Shown here: piece by piece, positions 37,648 to 47,815 of the stretch
Layout of the letters: every line of letters starts with the position of its first letter
Numbering within the stretch: the first letter of the stretch is position 1
Source: a virus
Reading direction: 5' to 3' (one strand)
DNA length: 64,000 nt
IMG/VR virus record: IMGVR_UViG_3300047509_000103
Location: 16,858-80,857 of that record
Made by a program: the position numbers and the translations under genes
The notes under the pieces: model-generated
Seen by the model: the letters and a program-made list of their open reading frames with translations, nothing else
What the model was told of the DNA's origin: nothing
Databases searched by the model: none

Positions 37648-38928
37648 ATGGCGACTAAGGGCGGCCAAGAACCAGTCACGCTGGCGTTCGGCGGCGGCGT
37701 CGCCAACCGCATGTCCGAGACGAAAGTCCCAGAAGGCTTCGCGCGAGCAGCGAAGGACGTGGACATTTCGGAAGACGGTGTTGTGTCCAAGCGCGGTGGC
37801 TTCACGCAGTTCATCGCGCTGGCCGGAGCGAACTCGTTCTGGTCCGATCCGCAACTGGACTTCGCGCTGGTCGCAGCGGCCAATACGCTGTACCACATGG
37901 ATGCGTCAGGCGTGTTGACTGCGCTTGCGACCAACCTGACCGGCGCGGACGTGCACTACTGCATGACGCCCATTGGGGTTTACTGGTCTGACGGCCAGGT
38001 CTGCGGTTGCGTGGATGTGCTCGGCGCTGCGCACCCGTGGGGCGTAGAGACGCCGCGGTTCGTCACGGTGTCGCAGGGCGCAGGCTCGCTGCCAGCCGGC
38101 GAATACGCGGTGACGGCGACGTTCTCGAGTGCGCGCGGCGAGGGCGGCGCGCCGGCCTCGCTTTTCATTACGCTCGCTGCGCCTGGTGGTATCTCGGTAA
38201 CAATCAGTTCCGCGCTCGACACCAGCATCGACGAAGCGCGCGTCTATGTCACGACGCCGAACGGTCAGGAGCTGCAATACGCGGCATCGTGGGCGCCGGG
38301 CGGCACGCTCGTGATAGGCAACACGCCGCGCGGCCGGCCCCTGCGTACTCAGTACCTGATGCCGTTGCCGCCGCTGCGCTATCCAGCGCTGTCGAAGGGG
38401 CGTTTGTTCGGCGCAGTGGATCGCTTCCTGATCTGGTCGGAGCCGCTGTACTACGGCCTGTACAACCCGACCAAGAACTTCACTGCGCTGCGCGGGCAGA
38501 CCATCACGATGGTCGCGTTGGCCGACGAGGCAGGGTTCTGCGCCTACATTGGCACCGATCGCTTCACTTACAAGTTTGCTGGTGATTCGATCGAAACAGC
38601 GACCATGACGCCCGTATCGCACTGCGGTGTGATGCCCGGGTCCATGGCGCGCGTCGCGCCGGACGCAGTGAAGATCGAAGGCACGCAAACGTGGGTGCCG
38701 GCATGGGTCGACTCACGCGGTGTTCCGTGGGCCGGGGCGAACGGCAACGTAGTGCAGTTACACGACAAGTTCGCCTACCCGCAGTTCGACCACGTTGCGG
38801 CGATCTTTGACCAGCGCGATGGCAACAGCCGCTACATCCTCAGCGGTCGCGGCGGTACGCCATCGGTACTTGCCTTCAAGGATTCCTTCACCGCGCAGGT
38901 CATTGATGCTGGCGGCGGTAGTGCTTGA
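37648..38928 (+). CDS. tail/virion structural protein
   Basis: 'GGVANR..A.DVDI..G...R.G', 'LIWSEPL.YG'. Confidence 0.7.
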   Translation: MATKGGQEPVTLAFGGGVANRMSETKVPEGFARAAKDVDISEDGVVSKRGGFTQFIALAGANSFWSDPQLDFALVAAANTLYHMDASGVLTALATNLTGADVHYCMTPIGVYWSDGQVCGCVDVLGAAHPWGVETPRFVTVSQGAGSLPAGEYAVTATFSSARGEGGAPASLFITLAAPGGISVTISSALDTSIDEARVYVTTPNGQELQYAASWAPGGTLVIGNTPRGRPLRTQYLMPLPPLRYPALSKGRLFGAVDRFLIWSEPLYYGLYNPTKNFTALRGQTITMVALADEAGFCAYIGTDRFTYKFAGDSIETATMTPVSHCGVMPGSMARVAPDAVKIEGTQTWVPAWVDSRGVPWAGANGNVVQLHDKFAYPQFDHVAAIFDQRDGNSRYILSGRGGTPSVLAFKDSFTAQVIDAGGGSA

Positions 38929-39143
38929 ATAGGGCTATCGATCTTCTCAAAGCCGCTCTGCCGGCGACAGCAGCAACCACGCAAGTCATAGCGCATCGGC
39001 GCGCAGTGTGTGATGCGTGCCCAATGAGCGAAACAAAACCGCAGCGCAGCGGAGAGCCGCTGCAGGTGTGCAAGGTGTGCAATTGTCCAATCCAGCGCAA
39101 AACGGCCAGGGCCGATTCCCATTGTCCACAGTCAAAATGGTGA
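38925..39143 (+). CDS. small Cys-rich protein, paralogue of 37438..37620
   Basis: CDAC..CKVCNC..K..CP.SKW. Confidence 0.7.
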   Translation: MNRAIDLLKAALPATAATTQVIAHRRAVCDACPMSETKPQRSGEPLQVCKVCNCPIQRKTARADSHCPQSKW

Positions 39144-39147
39144 AACC

Positions 39148-39750
39148 ATGAATTTTTCTGCTGCTGTCCGCAACGAATTGGGTCGCGCGCTGCGGGGCCA
39201 TAAGTATGACAAGACACCGAGCGGCATCATGTTCCCAGCCGCCGGAATCCTGTTCGGTGGAGTTTTCGGTCGCAAGGATCTTCCGCCAGGCGCGCATCCA
39301 GAAGATATGCCGTGGGCATTTGGCCCAAACGCCGTCGGCAACGAATTTATCAACGACGTGTTGAACGCGAAGTTCAACGGAGTCGGTGGCGGCACCGCCT
39401 GGTACTTCGCACCATTCGCCGATAACTTGGCACCCACCAGTTCGCTTACCGCAGCGACATTCGCAGGAACCCAGGGCGAGTACACCACGCAGTACACCGA
39501 GGGCAGCCGTCAGACCTTCACGAGCAACGGCACGTCGACGGCGCAGAGCGTGAGCAACTCTGCTTCGCCAGCGGTGATCACCGTGGGTGGCTCGCCGATC
39601 ACCCCCTATGGGGCGGGCATTCTGTCGGTGAACACCAAGGGCGGCACGACGGGAGTCTTTGGCGCTGGCGGCCTATTTGGGTCTGCCAACGCGCTGTCTT
39701 CGGGAAGCAAGTTGATGATGACGTACACGCTCACAGGGACTTCAGTTTGA
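39148..39750 (+). CDS. virion structural protein
   Basis: Gly/Thr/Ser-rich ORF in tail operon. Confidence 0.7.
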   Translation: MNFSAAVRNELGRALRGHKYDKTPSGIMFPAAGILFGGVFGRKDLPPGAHPEDMPWAFGPNAVGNEFINDVLNAKFNGVGGGTAWYFAPFADNLAPTSSLTAATFAGTQGEYTTQYTEGSRQTFTSNGTSTAQSVSNSASPAVITVGGSPITPYGAGILSVNTKGGTTGVFGAGGLFGSANALSSGSKLMMTYTLTGTSV

Positions 39751-39759
39751 GCTGAAGCA

Positions 39760-42693
39760 ATGCTCCCGAACTACAACCTCGTCGAGCTCGGCGAGCGGGC
39801 TTCTGTTTACGCGCGCGCATTCGGTCGAAAGATGATCGCGCTTATTGCAGCCTCGAGGATCAAGAACAACAAGCTGTACCGGTTGCTTGAAGACGGCACT
39901 GAACTGATTGCGACACGCGCGAACAAGCAGTACCGACTGACCATCACGACGCCAGTTAGCGCGCAGCCGATATTCACCACACTCATGTCGTCGATCTGGA
40001 TACCACGCGGTTTTGTTGTGCATCCAGCATCTGATGCGGCGCCGGCGGGTTGGGGATTCCCGATCATCCCGCTGTCGACGCTGCCGGGAGGCGAGTTGAA
40101 CCCGTTCAATCTCGCGCCGGGAACTGACCCCTTCTACTGGACTGTCGGCGGTGGCTTAGGGCAAGTGCTGCTCACGCGTGTTGGTTCGCTTGGATCGGGT
40201 GTTCCGTTGTACCCAAAGGCAGGAGGAATCGCGCCTCCCATGCTGTTTTGCTACACCGCTGGGCTGGCCCCAAAATTGCTGGCTACGCCCAAGGATGTCA
40301 CGCTGGACAAGACGGCAAATGACTCTGCTTTGCCGTACACGGCCTACCGTGCGGAATTGCAGCCGTACTACGCTAATTCGCCTTCATCTGGCGCGAGCGA
40401 AGCGGCAACGATCGCGCTCAACAAGGAAACCGAGTACGGATTGCTGAATGCGCACCGTGTCGGCATGGGCCTTCAGCCGCTAAACCGCTCGCTGCGTGGT
40501 TACTACGACTCCGGCCAGATCAAGGCCGAGATGGAATTTGCCAATAGCATCTTTGGGCACTACAGCGCGGCGCTTCCACTGACTTACCGAACGCCGGAAG
40601 ACGCCATTTCGCGCGATGGGGTGACGCGGTTGATCACCGCGAGCGCGGCAGATGATCGCAATATCAATCTGAGTGGCGCGGAGATCCTGATTGTGTTGAC
40701 GCAGGATGGAGGCGTGACGCAGATCGGCACTGATCCGCACGGCTTCGGGATTTATAACGTCACCGCGCCCGGACCGGCGATCAACCCCAGCGCCGCATTC
40801 TCTGGCTGGCTGTCATCGCCGCCGCATAAGGCGATCATCGAAGACACGTTGTGGCAGAGCAGCAACTCTTTCTTTGAGCCAGGCTTCAAACATGGGTGGG
40901 CGAACGCGCACTTCGTGCAGCGCGAACAGTGGATTGCTTGCGGCAATCAGAGTTGGTTTTCAAGCAACGTCGAAATTCCGGTGGTTACGTGGAACGCGCC
41001 GCCGTCGCTGGCACTGACGTGGGAAACTTGGCCCGTCACTCTTAGCGGCAATCCGGCCAATCCATTCAACAGCTCGCCATGGTTTCCGCTGACGGATCCG
41101 GCGACGGGCGTCTTCTGGCTCAGTCAAGCGCTGGTTGGTTCGACATTCGAGCTGGAGGGATTCGACAACCGCATATTCATTCGTGGGCGTTGTATCGCCG
41201 TGGCGCCGGAGGGAGGCTTGATCTGGGCGGCAGGCGTCCAGAAGTTTGCAACTCCGGGAGTTCCAGCGGTCCCGGCAACGTCAACGACCCAAGCCATCGC
41301 CGCGCAGCCGCCTGGCGCGTACCGCCTGATCGCGCTGGTGCACAACGCCGCCGATCAGCCGGTTGGCATCCAGACCGCCGGCATGACGTCGGTGCTGCAC
41401 GTCTACTATGTGGATCTTCCTGACAAGCTGCTCTATGCCTGCAATCCGCAGTGTGTGATTCGCGGCGTCTACGGCAAGGAAGATGCCGCCGCGTGGCCTT
41501 GGATCACCCTGAATAGCCCCTTCTCGTGGCGCGACGCGGGCACGGTGGATGTTTCGCGCAGTGTGGTAGCAGGTTCGCAGAACCTGCTCAAGTACGCCAG
41601 CCAGTGGCGCTTCAGCCCTGACGGAACGCGTGCGTGCTGCCTGCGTGATGTTGGCGCCTACACTGATTACTCCGCCGTGTACGACAACGGCGCAAGTATC
41701 GGCACAGGGTATTTTGTCTCGACCGGCTTGCAGCCTGGACTGCTTGAGCTGGTGTTCAACTCAACCGCCATCGGCATGTCGGCGGTGCTCAATTATCGCG
41801 GGTTGGCTCCCGGCGCGACACCAGTTCACGTCGCGGGTGACCAATACAGCGAAGGCAGCGCCGTCCGCGTGATGACGCCCATCGCGGTGGATTACGATGC
41901 GAACAACAACGTGCTGGCGGCGTTTTCAATCCAGACCGCCGACCCGGCGCTGATGCCACCGTTCGCTGACTTCAATCAAAAGACAGAGAATGGGCGCTTC
42001 GATGTTGGCTTCGGGCCGTTTACCTCAGCCGCACCAAGTAGCCTAACCTACCTTTCTCGGGTCGGTTCCTACCTCGTCACGCCGGATTTGCCAGTGCACC
42101 CGCAACCGCCCATCGTGCTGGACGTGGTGGACGGTGTATTTGTGTCCGTTGGCACGCGCACCAGCGGGCTCGCCGATACTGGCGACGACGAGATAGGCAT
42201 CGACAACCCCGCCTTCGTGCCTTGCCTCATCGGCACCGACGTGCCAGTCATTCGCGTTGACGTTTACCGGCAAGGACAGCGCCTGAACGAAGCGTGGTAC
42301 GGCAACCCAACGAACACGATAGTCACCTTTCAGGACGTGTCGCCTTACTTGGCCGGCGTACGGCAAAACGCGTATCAACTGCTCTACACGACCTGCTCCC
42401 TGGTGGTGCCGGCGTATGCGAAGAATCGCAATGCAGACTGGATGCTGACCTACAACCTGATTCCGCAGCCCTTCGTCAGTCAGAAGCTGCCAATGACCGC
42501 AGACCTGGATTGCACGACCAATCCGACCCACGCGCCGCGTGTCGATCCAACGGTGCTCGTGTTCAACGAGTACACCGACGTGACCTGGCTAGGTGGCTGG
42601 TGTGGATCTTCATTCCTGGCGCAAGACGCCCTGCAAACGGAAATCGGCACCACGGGTAGCAACCCGAGGCTGCTCTACGCGAGGACGGTTTGA
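39760..42693 (+). CDS. large virion protein with CAP/SCP domain
   Basis: 'LLNAHR..GLQPL..FGH..AE..WLSSPPHKAII'. Confidence 0.72.
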   Translation: MLPNYNLVELGERASVYARAFGRKMIALIAASRIKNNKLYRLLEDGTELIATRANKQYRLTITTPVSAQPIFTTLMSSIWIPRGFVVHPASDAAPAGWGFPIIPLSTLPGGELNPFNLAPGTDPFYWTVGGGLGQVLLTRVGSLGSGVPLYPKAGGIAPPMLFCYTAGLAPKLLATPKDVTLDKTANDSALPYTAYRAELQPYYANSPSSGASEAATIALNKETEYGLLNAHRVGMGLQPLNRSLRGYYDSGQIKAEMEFANSIFGHYSAALPLTYRTPEDAISRDGVTRLITASAADDRNINLSGAEILIVLTQDGGVTQIGTDPHGFGIYNVTAPGPAINPSAAFSGWLSSPPHKAIIEDTLWQSSNSFFEPGFKHGWANAHFVQREQWIACGNQSWFSSNVEIPVVTWNAPPSLALTWETWPVTLSGNPANPFNSSPWFPLTDPATGVFWLSQALVGSTFELEGFDNRIFIRGRCIAVAPEGGLIWAAGVQKFATPGVPAVPATSTTQAIAAQPPGAYRLIALVHNAADQPVGIQTAGMTSVLHVYYVDLPDKLLYACNPQCVIRGVYGKEDAAAWPWITLNSPFSWRDAGTVDVSRSVVAGSQNLLKYASQWRFSPDGTRACCLRDVGAYTDYSAVYDNGASIGTGYFVSTGLQPGLLELVFNSTAIGMSAVLNYRGLAPGATPVHVAGDQYSEGSAVRVMTPIAVDYDANNNVLAAFSIQTADPALMPPFADFNQKTENGRFDVGFGPFTSAAPSSLTYLSRVGSYLVTPDLPVHPQPPIVLDVVDGVFVSVGTRTSGLADTGDDEIGIDNPAFVPCLIGTDVPVIRVDVYRQGQRLNEAWYGNPTNTIVTFQDVSPYLAGVRQNAYQLLYTTCSLVVPAYAKNRNADWMLTYNLIPQPFVSQKLPMTADLDCTTNPTHAPRVDPTVLVFNEYTDVTWLGGWCGSSFLAQDALQTEIGTTGSNPRLLYARTV

Positions 42694-43175
42694 TGCAAGT
42701 CTCCACTGGATTCAAGAGCCTGATCTTGGGGCGCAACAGTTTCAGCGATATTTTCAACGGCGGCGCGATCAAGATTTACAACAATGCGCAGCCGCCCAGT
42801 CCGGACATCGAAGACTTCGGCGCCACCGTCATCGGTATGATTACGTTGAATGGGCAGCCCTGGAACTTTGGCAGCTCAACCAACGGCATCACCTTCGTTC
42901 TTGAAGGCGCCTACGTCTACAACAACAATGCAGAGAACTGGATCCTCACGCCATCAGTGTCGCTTGAGGCTGCCTGGTTCCGGCTCTACAGCCCGGTAGT
43001 TGGCGACGTTGGCCAATCCTCCACCGAGTTCGCGCGCATCGACGGCACGATCTCGGAGTTGGGCTCTGCCATCGGCGCAGACATGTACATGGCCGACACC
43101 GCACTCACTGTCGGATCCGGCTTGGTCGCGAACTATTTCCTTTACACGATTCTTCCCATACCCACCGGAGATTAA
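42690..43175 (+). CDS. virion structural protein
   Basis: 'IKIY...QP.SPD..AAWFRL..RIDG'. Confidence 0.7.
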   Translation: MMQVSTGFKSLILGRNSFSDIFNGGAIKIYNNAQPPSPDIEDFGATVIGMITLNGQPWNFGSSTNGITFVLEGAYVYNNNAENWILTPSVSLEAAWFRLYSPVVGDVGQSSTEFARIDGTISELGSAIGADMYMADTALTVGSGLVANYFLYTILPIPTGD

Positions 43176-43178
43176 CCC

Positions 43179-43688
43179 ATGTCGCAATACTCCATCACGT
43201 TGCGTGACGCGCTGCTAGCCGCGATGAAATCGTCGCTTGGCAGCACGCTGCAGATGACCCTCTACAATTCGGCCACAGGCACCATCCCAGCTACCGCGGA
43301 TGAAGTGCTGACGTCGCTGTTGAGCACGGACATCACCAAACTGTGCGTGTTGACAGCGAACGCCGGCTCAAGTCCAGGCATGACCTTCGGCACACCGGCC
43401 AGTGGCATCATCAACAAGACCGGCGCGGAGACGTGGCAGAGTAACGCGACCATCGGCGCATTCACTGGTTTCCAGTCAGGTGCCAGCGCATTGCCAGCAC
43501 ACTTCTTCCGGTTGTGTGTCTATGGCAACGACGGCTCGGCCGGCGACACCGGATCGACGGCTATCTTCCAGGGAACGGTCGGCACGGTGGCCGGCGTGTT
43601 CGATCTGTACCTACCCACAGCGACAATCACTGTCGGTACGCAGGTAGGGCCGGTCTCGGCCTTCCAGGTCGTCGACGGGAATGGCTAG
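43179..43688 (+). CDS. virion structural protein (distant paralogue of 42690..43175)
   Basis: 'LY...PATAD..ETW..FFRL..QGTVG'. Confidence 0.7.
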   Translation: MSQYSITLRDALLAAMKSSLGSTLQMTLYNSATGTIPATADEVLTSLLSTDITKLCVLTANAGSSPGMTFGTPASGIINKTGAETWQSNATIGAFTGFQSGASALPAHFFRLCVYGNDGSAGDTGSTAIFQGTVGTVAGVFDLYLPTATITVGTQVGPVSAFQVVDGNG

Positions 43689-44415
43689 TTGGAAAGACAT
43701 CACCGGACCTGCCTACTGGCAAGCAGCAACACTGGTAGATAGCGGGCATGCGATTCCGGCATTCGGAGAGTTGATAGACACAGCGCTGAGTGCTGACTTC
43801 TGCGTACTCCCGGCGATCTTTTATGCACTCAGCGGCGGCAGCGTCTATCTGAACGCCGTCGGTGTCGCGCCCATTGATGGCGCGTACATGGCCCGGGCCG
43901 GAACGTTAGGCTATCCGCACTACGTTTTCTCTGTTGGTATGTGGGTTCCTACGGGCCTAACCTATTCGGCACGCATTCTGCCAATCTTGAAGTACATTGG
44001 CCCGGTGATACCCAGTCGCAGCGATGTGCGTGTGACCGTCAGCGCCCCGTCTGCTGGATCAGGTGTGACGACAGTGTTCAACGTGCCTGGTCCTTGGAGC
44101 GCGGTGACTGCCATCCCGCAGCCATCCGGTTTCGGTGCATCGGGCAACATGACCGTGCCAGCGGTTTATTCGCCTTCTTTCGACCCCATGCTTGGCGGCA
44201 GTGCCGTCGCAACACTGGGAACAGGTGCCGCTTTTTCTCCGATCGGCGGGGTTGCGTTCCCCTATCCTAATGGGCCGGATATCCTGAGCGGCATCGTGGC
44301 ATCGGCGCAGGACTCGTCGGGGCATCTGGTGTCAGTCGCCACGATCACGAAAATCGAAGTCTACAGCGACTTTGTCGAACCATTCTGGGCTGAATTGCTT
44401 GGCACGGAGCAGTAA
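43681..44415 (+). CDS. hypothetical tail-region protein
   Basis: coupled ORF. Confidence 0.65.
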   Translation: MASWKDITGPAYWQAATLVDSGHAIPAFGELIDTALSADFCVLPAIFYALSGGSVYLNAVGVAPIDGAYMARAGTLGYPHYVFSVGMWVPTGLTYSARILPILKYIGPVIPSRSDVRVTVSAPSAGSGVTTVFNVPGPWSAVTAIPQPSGFGASGNMTVPAVYSPSFDPMLGGSAVATLGTGAAFSPIGGVAFPYPNGPDILSGIVASAQDSSGHLVSVATITKIEVYSDFVEPFWAELLGTEQ

Positions 44416-44669
44416 TGGCACTGACAAAAATCACACCCTCGGTGAACGTGCCACCGATCCTTCCAACGCCACCGATTAGCGCGTACACCTACTGTCCACC
44501 ACCGCCTCCAGCACCGCCTCCGATCCAGCCATCCAATCCACCCGCCACACCGCCAGGTAGCGGAAACAATGGCGGTGGCGGTGGTGAATGCTTAATACTG
44601 ATCATTCCGCCTTTCTGTCCGCCGGGACTGCCGTGCCAGCCTGGCACCGTTGAGATTATCTGTCCATGA
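44415..44669 (+). CDS. Pro/Cys-rich small protein
   Basis: TAATG and ATGA coupling. Confidence 0.6.
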   Translation: MALTKITPSVNVPPILPTPPISAYTYCPPPPPAPPPIQPSNPPATPPGSGNNGGGGGECLILIIPPFCPPGLPCQPGTVEIICP

Positions 44670-45148
44670 GCGGCGACTGCGTTACCTACCCAGGCAGGCC
44701 TGGGTCACCAGGCCGGGCAGGATACATCGACTACAAGCCGGACTTCGGCTGGGACGCTGGTGCGAACAGCTCGGCGCAGATCAATGGACCCTGCATTTTG
44801 GACTTCACTGTGCCAAACCCGGTCGGCGTACTTATCGGATTGACGGACGTGCTGAACCAGTTCCTCAACCCCCACACGTACTTTCACGCACTACTTTTCC
44901 AGACGGCTGGAGGCCTGTCGACGTGGAGCGTGCTCGAGCGTGGCGTCGTCGTGCAAGCGGCGCAGGTACGCACGTTCACCACGACTGACGAAAACGGGCA
45001 GCCCGCAGACGATTTTTCCATTGAGCGCACCGGCAACTCCGTCAACTACTACATGAACGGCACCATCGTGCTGGTGCGACCGTGCCTGTTCACTGGCATC
45101 GCCCTTGTCTCGGCCATGCTTTACGCCTCGGGCGATTACGTCGGATGA
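44666..45148 (+). CDS. hypothetical tail-region protein
   Basis: 'GWDAGANS..FSIER..V.Y..NG..LYASGD'. Confidence 0.65.
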   Translation: MSGDCVTYPGRPGSPGRAGYIDYKPDFGWDAGANSSAQINGPCILDFTVPNPVGVLIGLTDVLNQFLNPHTYFHALLFQTAGGLSTWSVLERGVVVQAAQVRTFTTTDENGQPADDFSIERTGNSVNYYMNGTIVLVRPCLFTGIALVSAMLYASGDYVG

Positions 45149-46554
45149 GCATTACCTTCACCTCCAGTTCCACGTCTGACGCACTCGTCGGGCAGGTCTT
45201 CACCAAATCGCGGCGCAATTCGTGCGTAGCCACCGAGTGGACGGCTTTTGCGCTGATTCATTCGCGCCGCAACAAGCTGCGAATGCCAACGCAGCCCTGT
45301 GCGCTGACGCAGACCAACAAGCGCAACCGTACCTTCGCACGAACATTGGGAACGGCCGGAGCGTTTATCACGTCGCGTCGCAATAGCGACTTCGGCGTGG
45401 TGTTCGAGATTCCGCAGCCATCTGTCGGCTTGTGCCACACCAAGCGCAACACACTGACCGCGCAATGCGTCATCGCCATCCCCGGCGTGGCTGATGTCAC
45501 CAGCAAGCGCAATCGGCTGACCGCAACCACTTACAGCCGCTTCCTGATTGAGCGTAGCCGCCGCAATCTGTGCTTCGGAATCCAACGACCGCCCATCCAG
45601 AACCCGATCATTCTAGAGCAGTACGGCGGGTATTTACTGATTGAGTTCCGGGCAGATACCGCCTACAAGATCCTGTTCGACAACATCGGATTCCACGCGG
45701 GCTCGCCATCGGCGCAAGCGGTGCTCGCGCTCCTGGACAGCATCGCGTTCCACGGGACGGTGACGCAGCAGGTGAACTTGCATGCGCTGATTGCGGCGCA
45801 GTTGGCGTTTGGCGACGTGTCGTTCGGCGCGCCTGCTGGCATCCTGAGCGACACGGTGAGGTTCTCGGATTCCAACATCGCACTGGCGATGCGTTTGGCC
45901 ACATTGCTTGACTCGTTCGCGGTGTCGGCGGCACTGACCCGCAGTGCCGCGATCTTCGCGTTCCTGTCCGACGCATTCGAGTTCGATGCCAGCCTAAGCG
46001 TTCAGCAGCATATTTTGCAGGCGCTGCAGGACGGGTTTGAGTTCGGCATGACGCTGTTCACCGGCGCCGATACCTATACGGCGTGGGTGATGACGACACA
46101 GACGCGCGCGATGACCAGTTACTCGAACTACGCCTTCAACAGCTACGCGCCGTTCTGCCGCAGGCTGTTCGCCGCAAAAGACGACGGCGTGTACGTCCTC
46201 GAAGGCGCCACGGATGCTGGGCAAGCGATCAATGCCAGCGTGCGCTCTGGCCTTCTTGATTTCGGCTCACGGCAGTTGAAGCGCGTCGAGCGCGCGTACC
46301 TGGGTTACACCGCGGACGGCACGCTGGCATTGCGCGTCACGACAACATCGCCGCAAGGAAAAAAGATTGCGTACACCTACCGCATGGTCAAGACGCCGAG
46401 CGCCGACGCGCCGCGCGAAACACGCGTCATCATCGGCAAGGGATTGCAGTCCGTCTATTGGGCGTTCGAACTTGACAACAGCCTGGATGGTGGCGACTTC
46501 GAACTGCACGACGTAACCGTGCTGCCGATTATTCTCTCAAGGAAGGTACGCTGA
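45145..46554 (+). CDS. virion structural protein with periodic (S/T)(R/K)RN repeats
   Basis: SRRN/KRN about every 17-19 aa in the N-terminus; 'Y.NY.FNS..DFGS..LKR..YLG'. Confidence 0.7.
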   Translation: MSITFTSSSTSDALVGQVFTKSRRNSCVATEWTAFALIHSRRNKLRMPTQPCALTQTNKRNRTFARTLGTAGAFITSRRNSDFGVVFEIPQPSVGLCHTKRNTLTAQCVIAIPGVADVTSKRNRLTATTYSRFLIERSRRNLCFGIQRPPIQNPIILEQYGGYLLIEFRADTAYKILFDNIGFHAGSPSAQAVLALLDSIAFHGTVTQQVNLHALIAAQLAFGDVSFGAPAGILSDTVRFSDSNIALAMRLATLLDSFAVSAALTRSAAIFAFLSDAFEFDASLSVQQHILQALQDGFEFGMTLFTGADTYTAWVMTTQTRAMTSYSNYAFNSYAPFCRRLFAAKDDGVYVLEGATDAGQAINASVRSGLLDFGSRQLKRVERAYLGYTADGTLALRVTTTSPQGKKIAYTYRMVKTPSADAPRETRVIIGKGLQSVYWAFELDNSLDGGDFELHDVTVLPIILSRKVR

Positions 46555-47792
46555 TGGCTGCCCCGCTGATTTTACCCATCGAACTGACACCAGCGGTTCC
46601 GATTGTCCAAGACGCCTACGCGAACTGGAGCGGCATCGCGCTGACTGCGTTCAAGACTGCGCAGCAGCTTGTCTACAATCTCACCGATGTCAGCATGTCA
46701 TGGACGGACTTCAACATTCCGTTCGATGTTGGCGCAGCGCCGACCCCACGCTCACCGCCAACGGCGCCGATCCCGCTCGATGTAAATGATCCAGGCGCGC
46801 CACCAGCGCCACCGTCGTTTCCGGCATTCAGTCTGACGAACACGTTGATCGGAATTAATCCGCCAAACGAAAACTTCTCGTTCACGCCAGGCCAGTACGC
46901 CGACGACATGCTCGGCAATGTGAAGTCGACGATCAAGGCCATGATGGCTGGCGATTTCGTGCTGCCGGAGCCGGCGGCCACAGCGTTGCGCAACCGCGCG
47001 TTCGACGCGGCCAACAAGGAAGAGGCACGCAACACCGACCTGGCAATCAGCGACTTCGCCGCTCGTGGATTCGACGAGCCACCGGGCTTACTCAACGCGC
47101 GCTTGGTCATCGTGCGCGACGCCGCGCAGTTGGCGCGCATGGGCGCGAATCGCGACGTCTACATCCAAGACCAGCAAATAGCGCAAGAGAACCTACGCGC
47201 TGGTGTGAACGCCGGCGTGCAGCTGGAACAGGCGCTGATGACCCTGTTCACCTCGCAGGAGCAGATGCAGCTCGAGGCGGCGAAGTTCGCTCTGGACATC
47301 GCGGTACAAATCTTCGATGCGCGCGTGCGCTTGGCTGTGGCCTTGGAGCAGATCACGGCCGCAGAGGCAAGCGCATACAGCGCGCAGATCAATGCACTTG
47401 CTGAGGCTTATCGGGCGCAAATCGAAGGCTATGGTGCGGTAATCAAGCGCATTGAAGTCAAGAAAGACGTGTTCCTCGGTGACGTTGAGCTGTACAAAGC
47501 ACAGTCGGAGGTGATTCTTGGGGCGAATCGGAATGACGTCGAAGCGTTCCGCGCAATAGTTGCGCAGAAGGAAGCGCAGCTCAATGCACTCATCAAGGAA
47601 GCAGATCAGAACTTCGAGCAGGTGCGGTTCTTCACCACGTTGCTGCAGGAAGCAAAGAAGGCACTGGCGACGATTCAGGAATCGCTTGCCAGCGCCGCTA
47701 TGAACGCTGTGCATGTGGGTGCGTCGCTCGGCTACTCCGGCAGCGAGTCTGTTTCGGTTGGCACATCTATCAGCGGAACTTTGGACGACTAG
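46554..47792 (+). CDS. virion coiled-coil protein
   Basis: 'FAARGF..PPG' plus Ala/Gln-rich helices. Confidence 0.7.
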   Translation: MAAPLILPIELTPAVPIVQDAYANWSGIALTAFKTAQQLVYNLTDVSMSWTDFNIPFDVGAAPTPRSPPTAPIPLDVNDPGAPPAPPSFPAFSLTNTLIGINPPNENFSFTPGQYADDMLGNVKSTIKAMMAGDFVLPEPAATALRNRAFDAANKEEARNTDLAISDFAARGFDEPPGLLNARLVIVRDAAQLARMGANRDVYIQDQQIAQENLRAGVNAGVQLEQALMTLFTSQEQMQLEAAKFALDIAVQIFDARVRLAVALEQITAAEASAYSAQINALAEAYRAQIEGYGAVIKRIEVKKDVFLGDVELYKAQSEVILGANRNDVEAFRAIVAQKEAQLNALIKEADQNFEQVRFFTTLLQEAKKALATIQESLASAAMNAVHVGASLGYSGSESVSVGTSISGTLDD

Positions 47793-47815
47793 GATCACTG
47801 ACAGGATACGCACAC

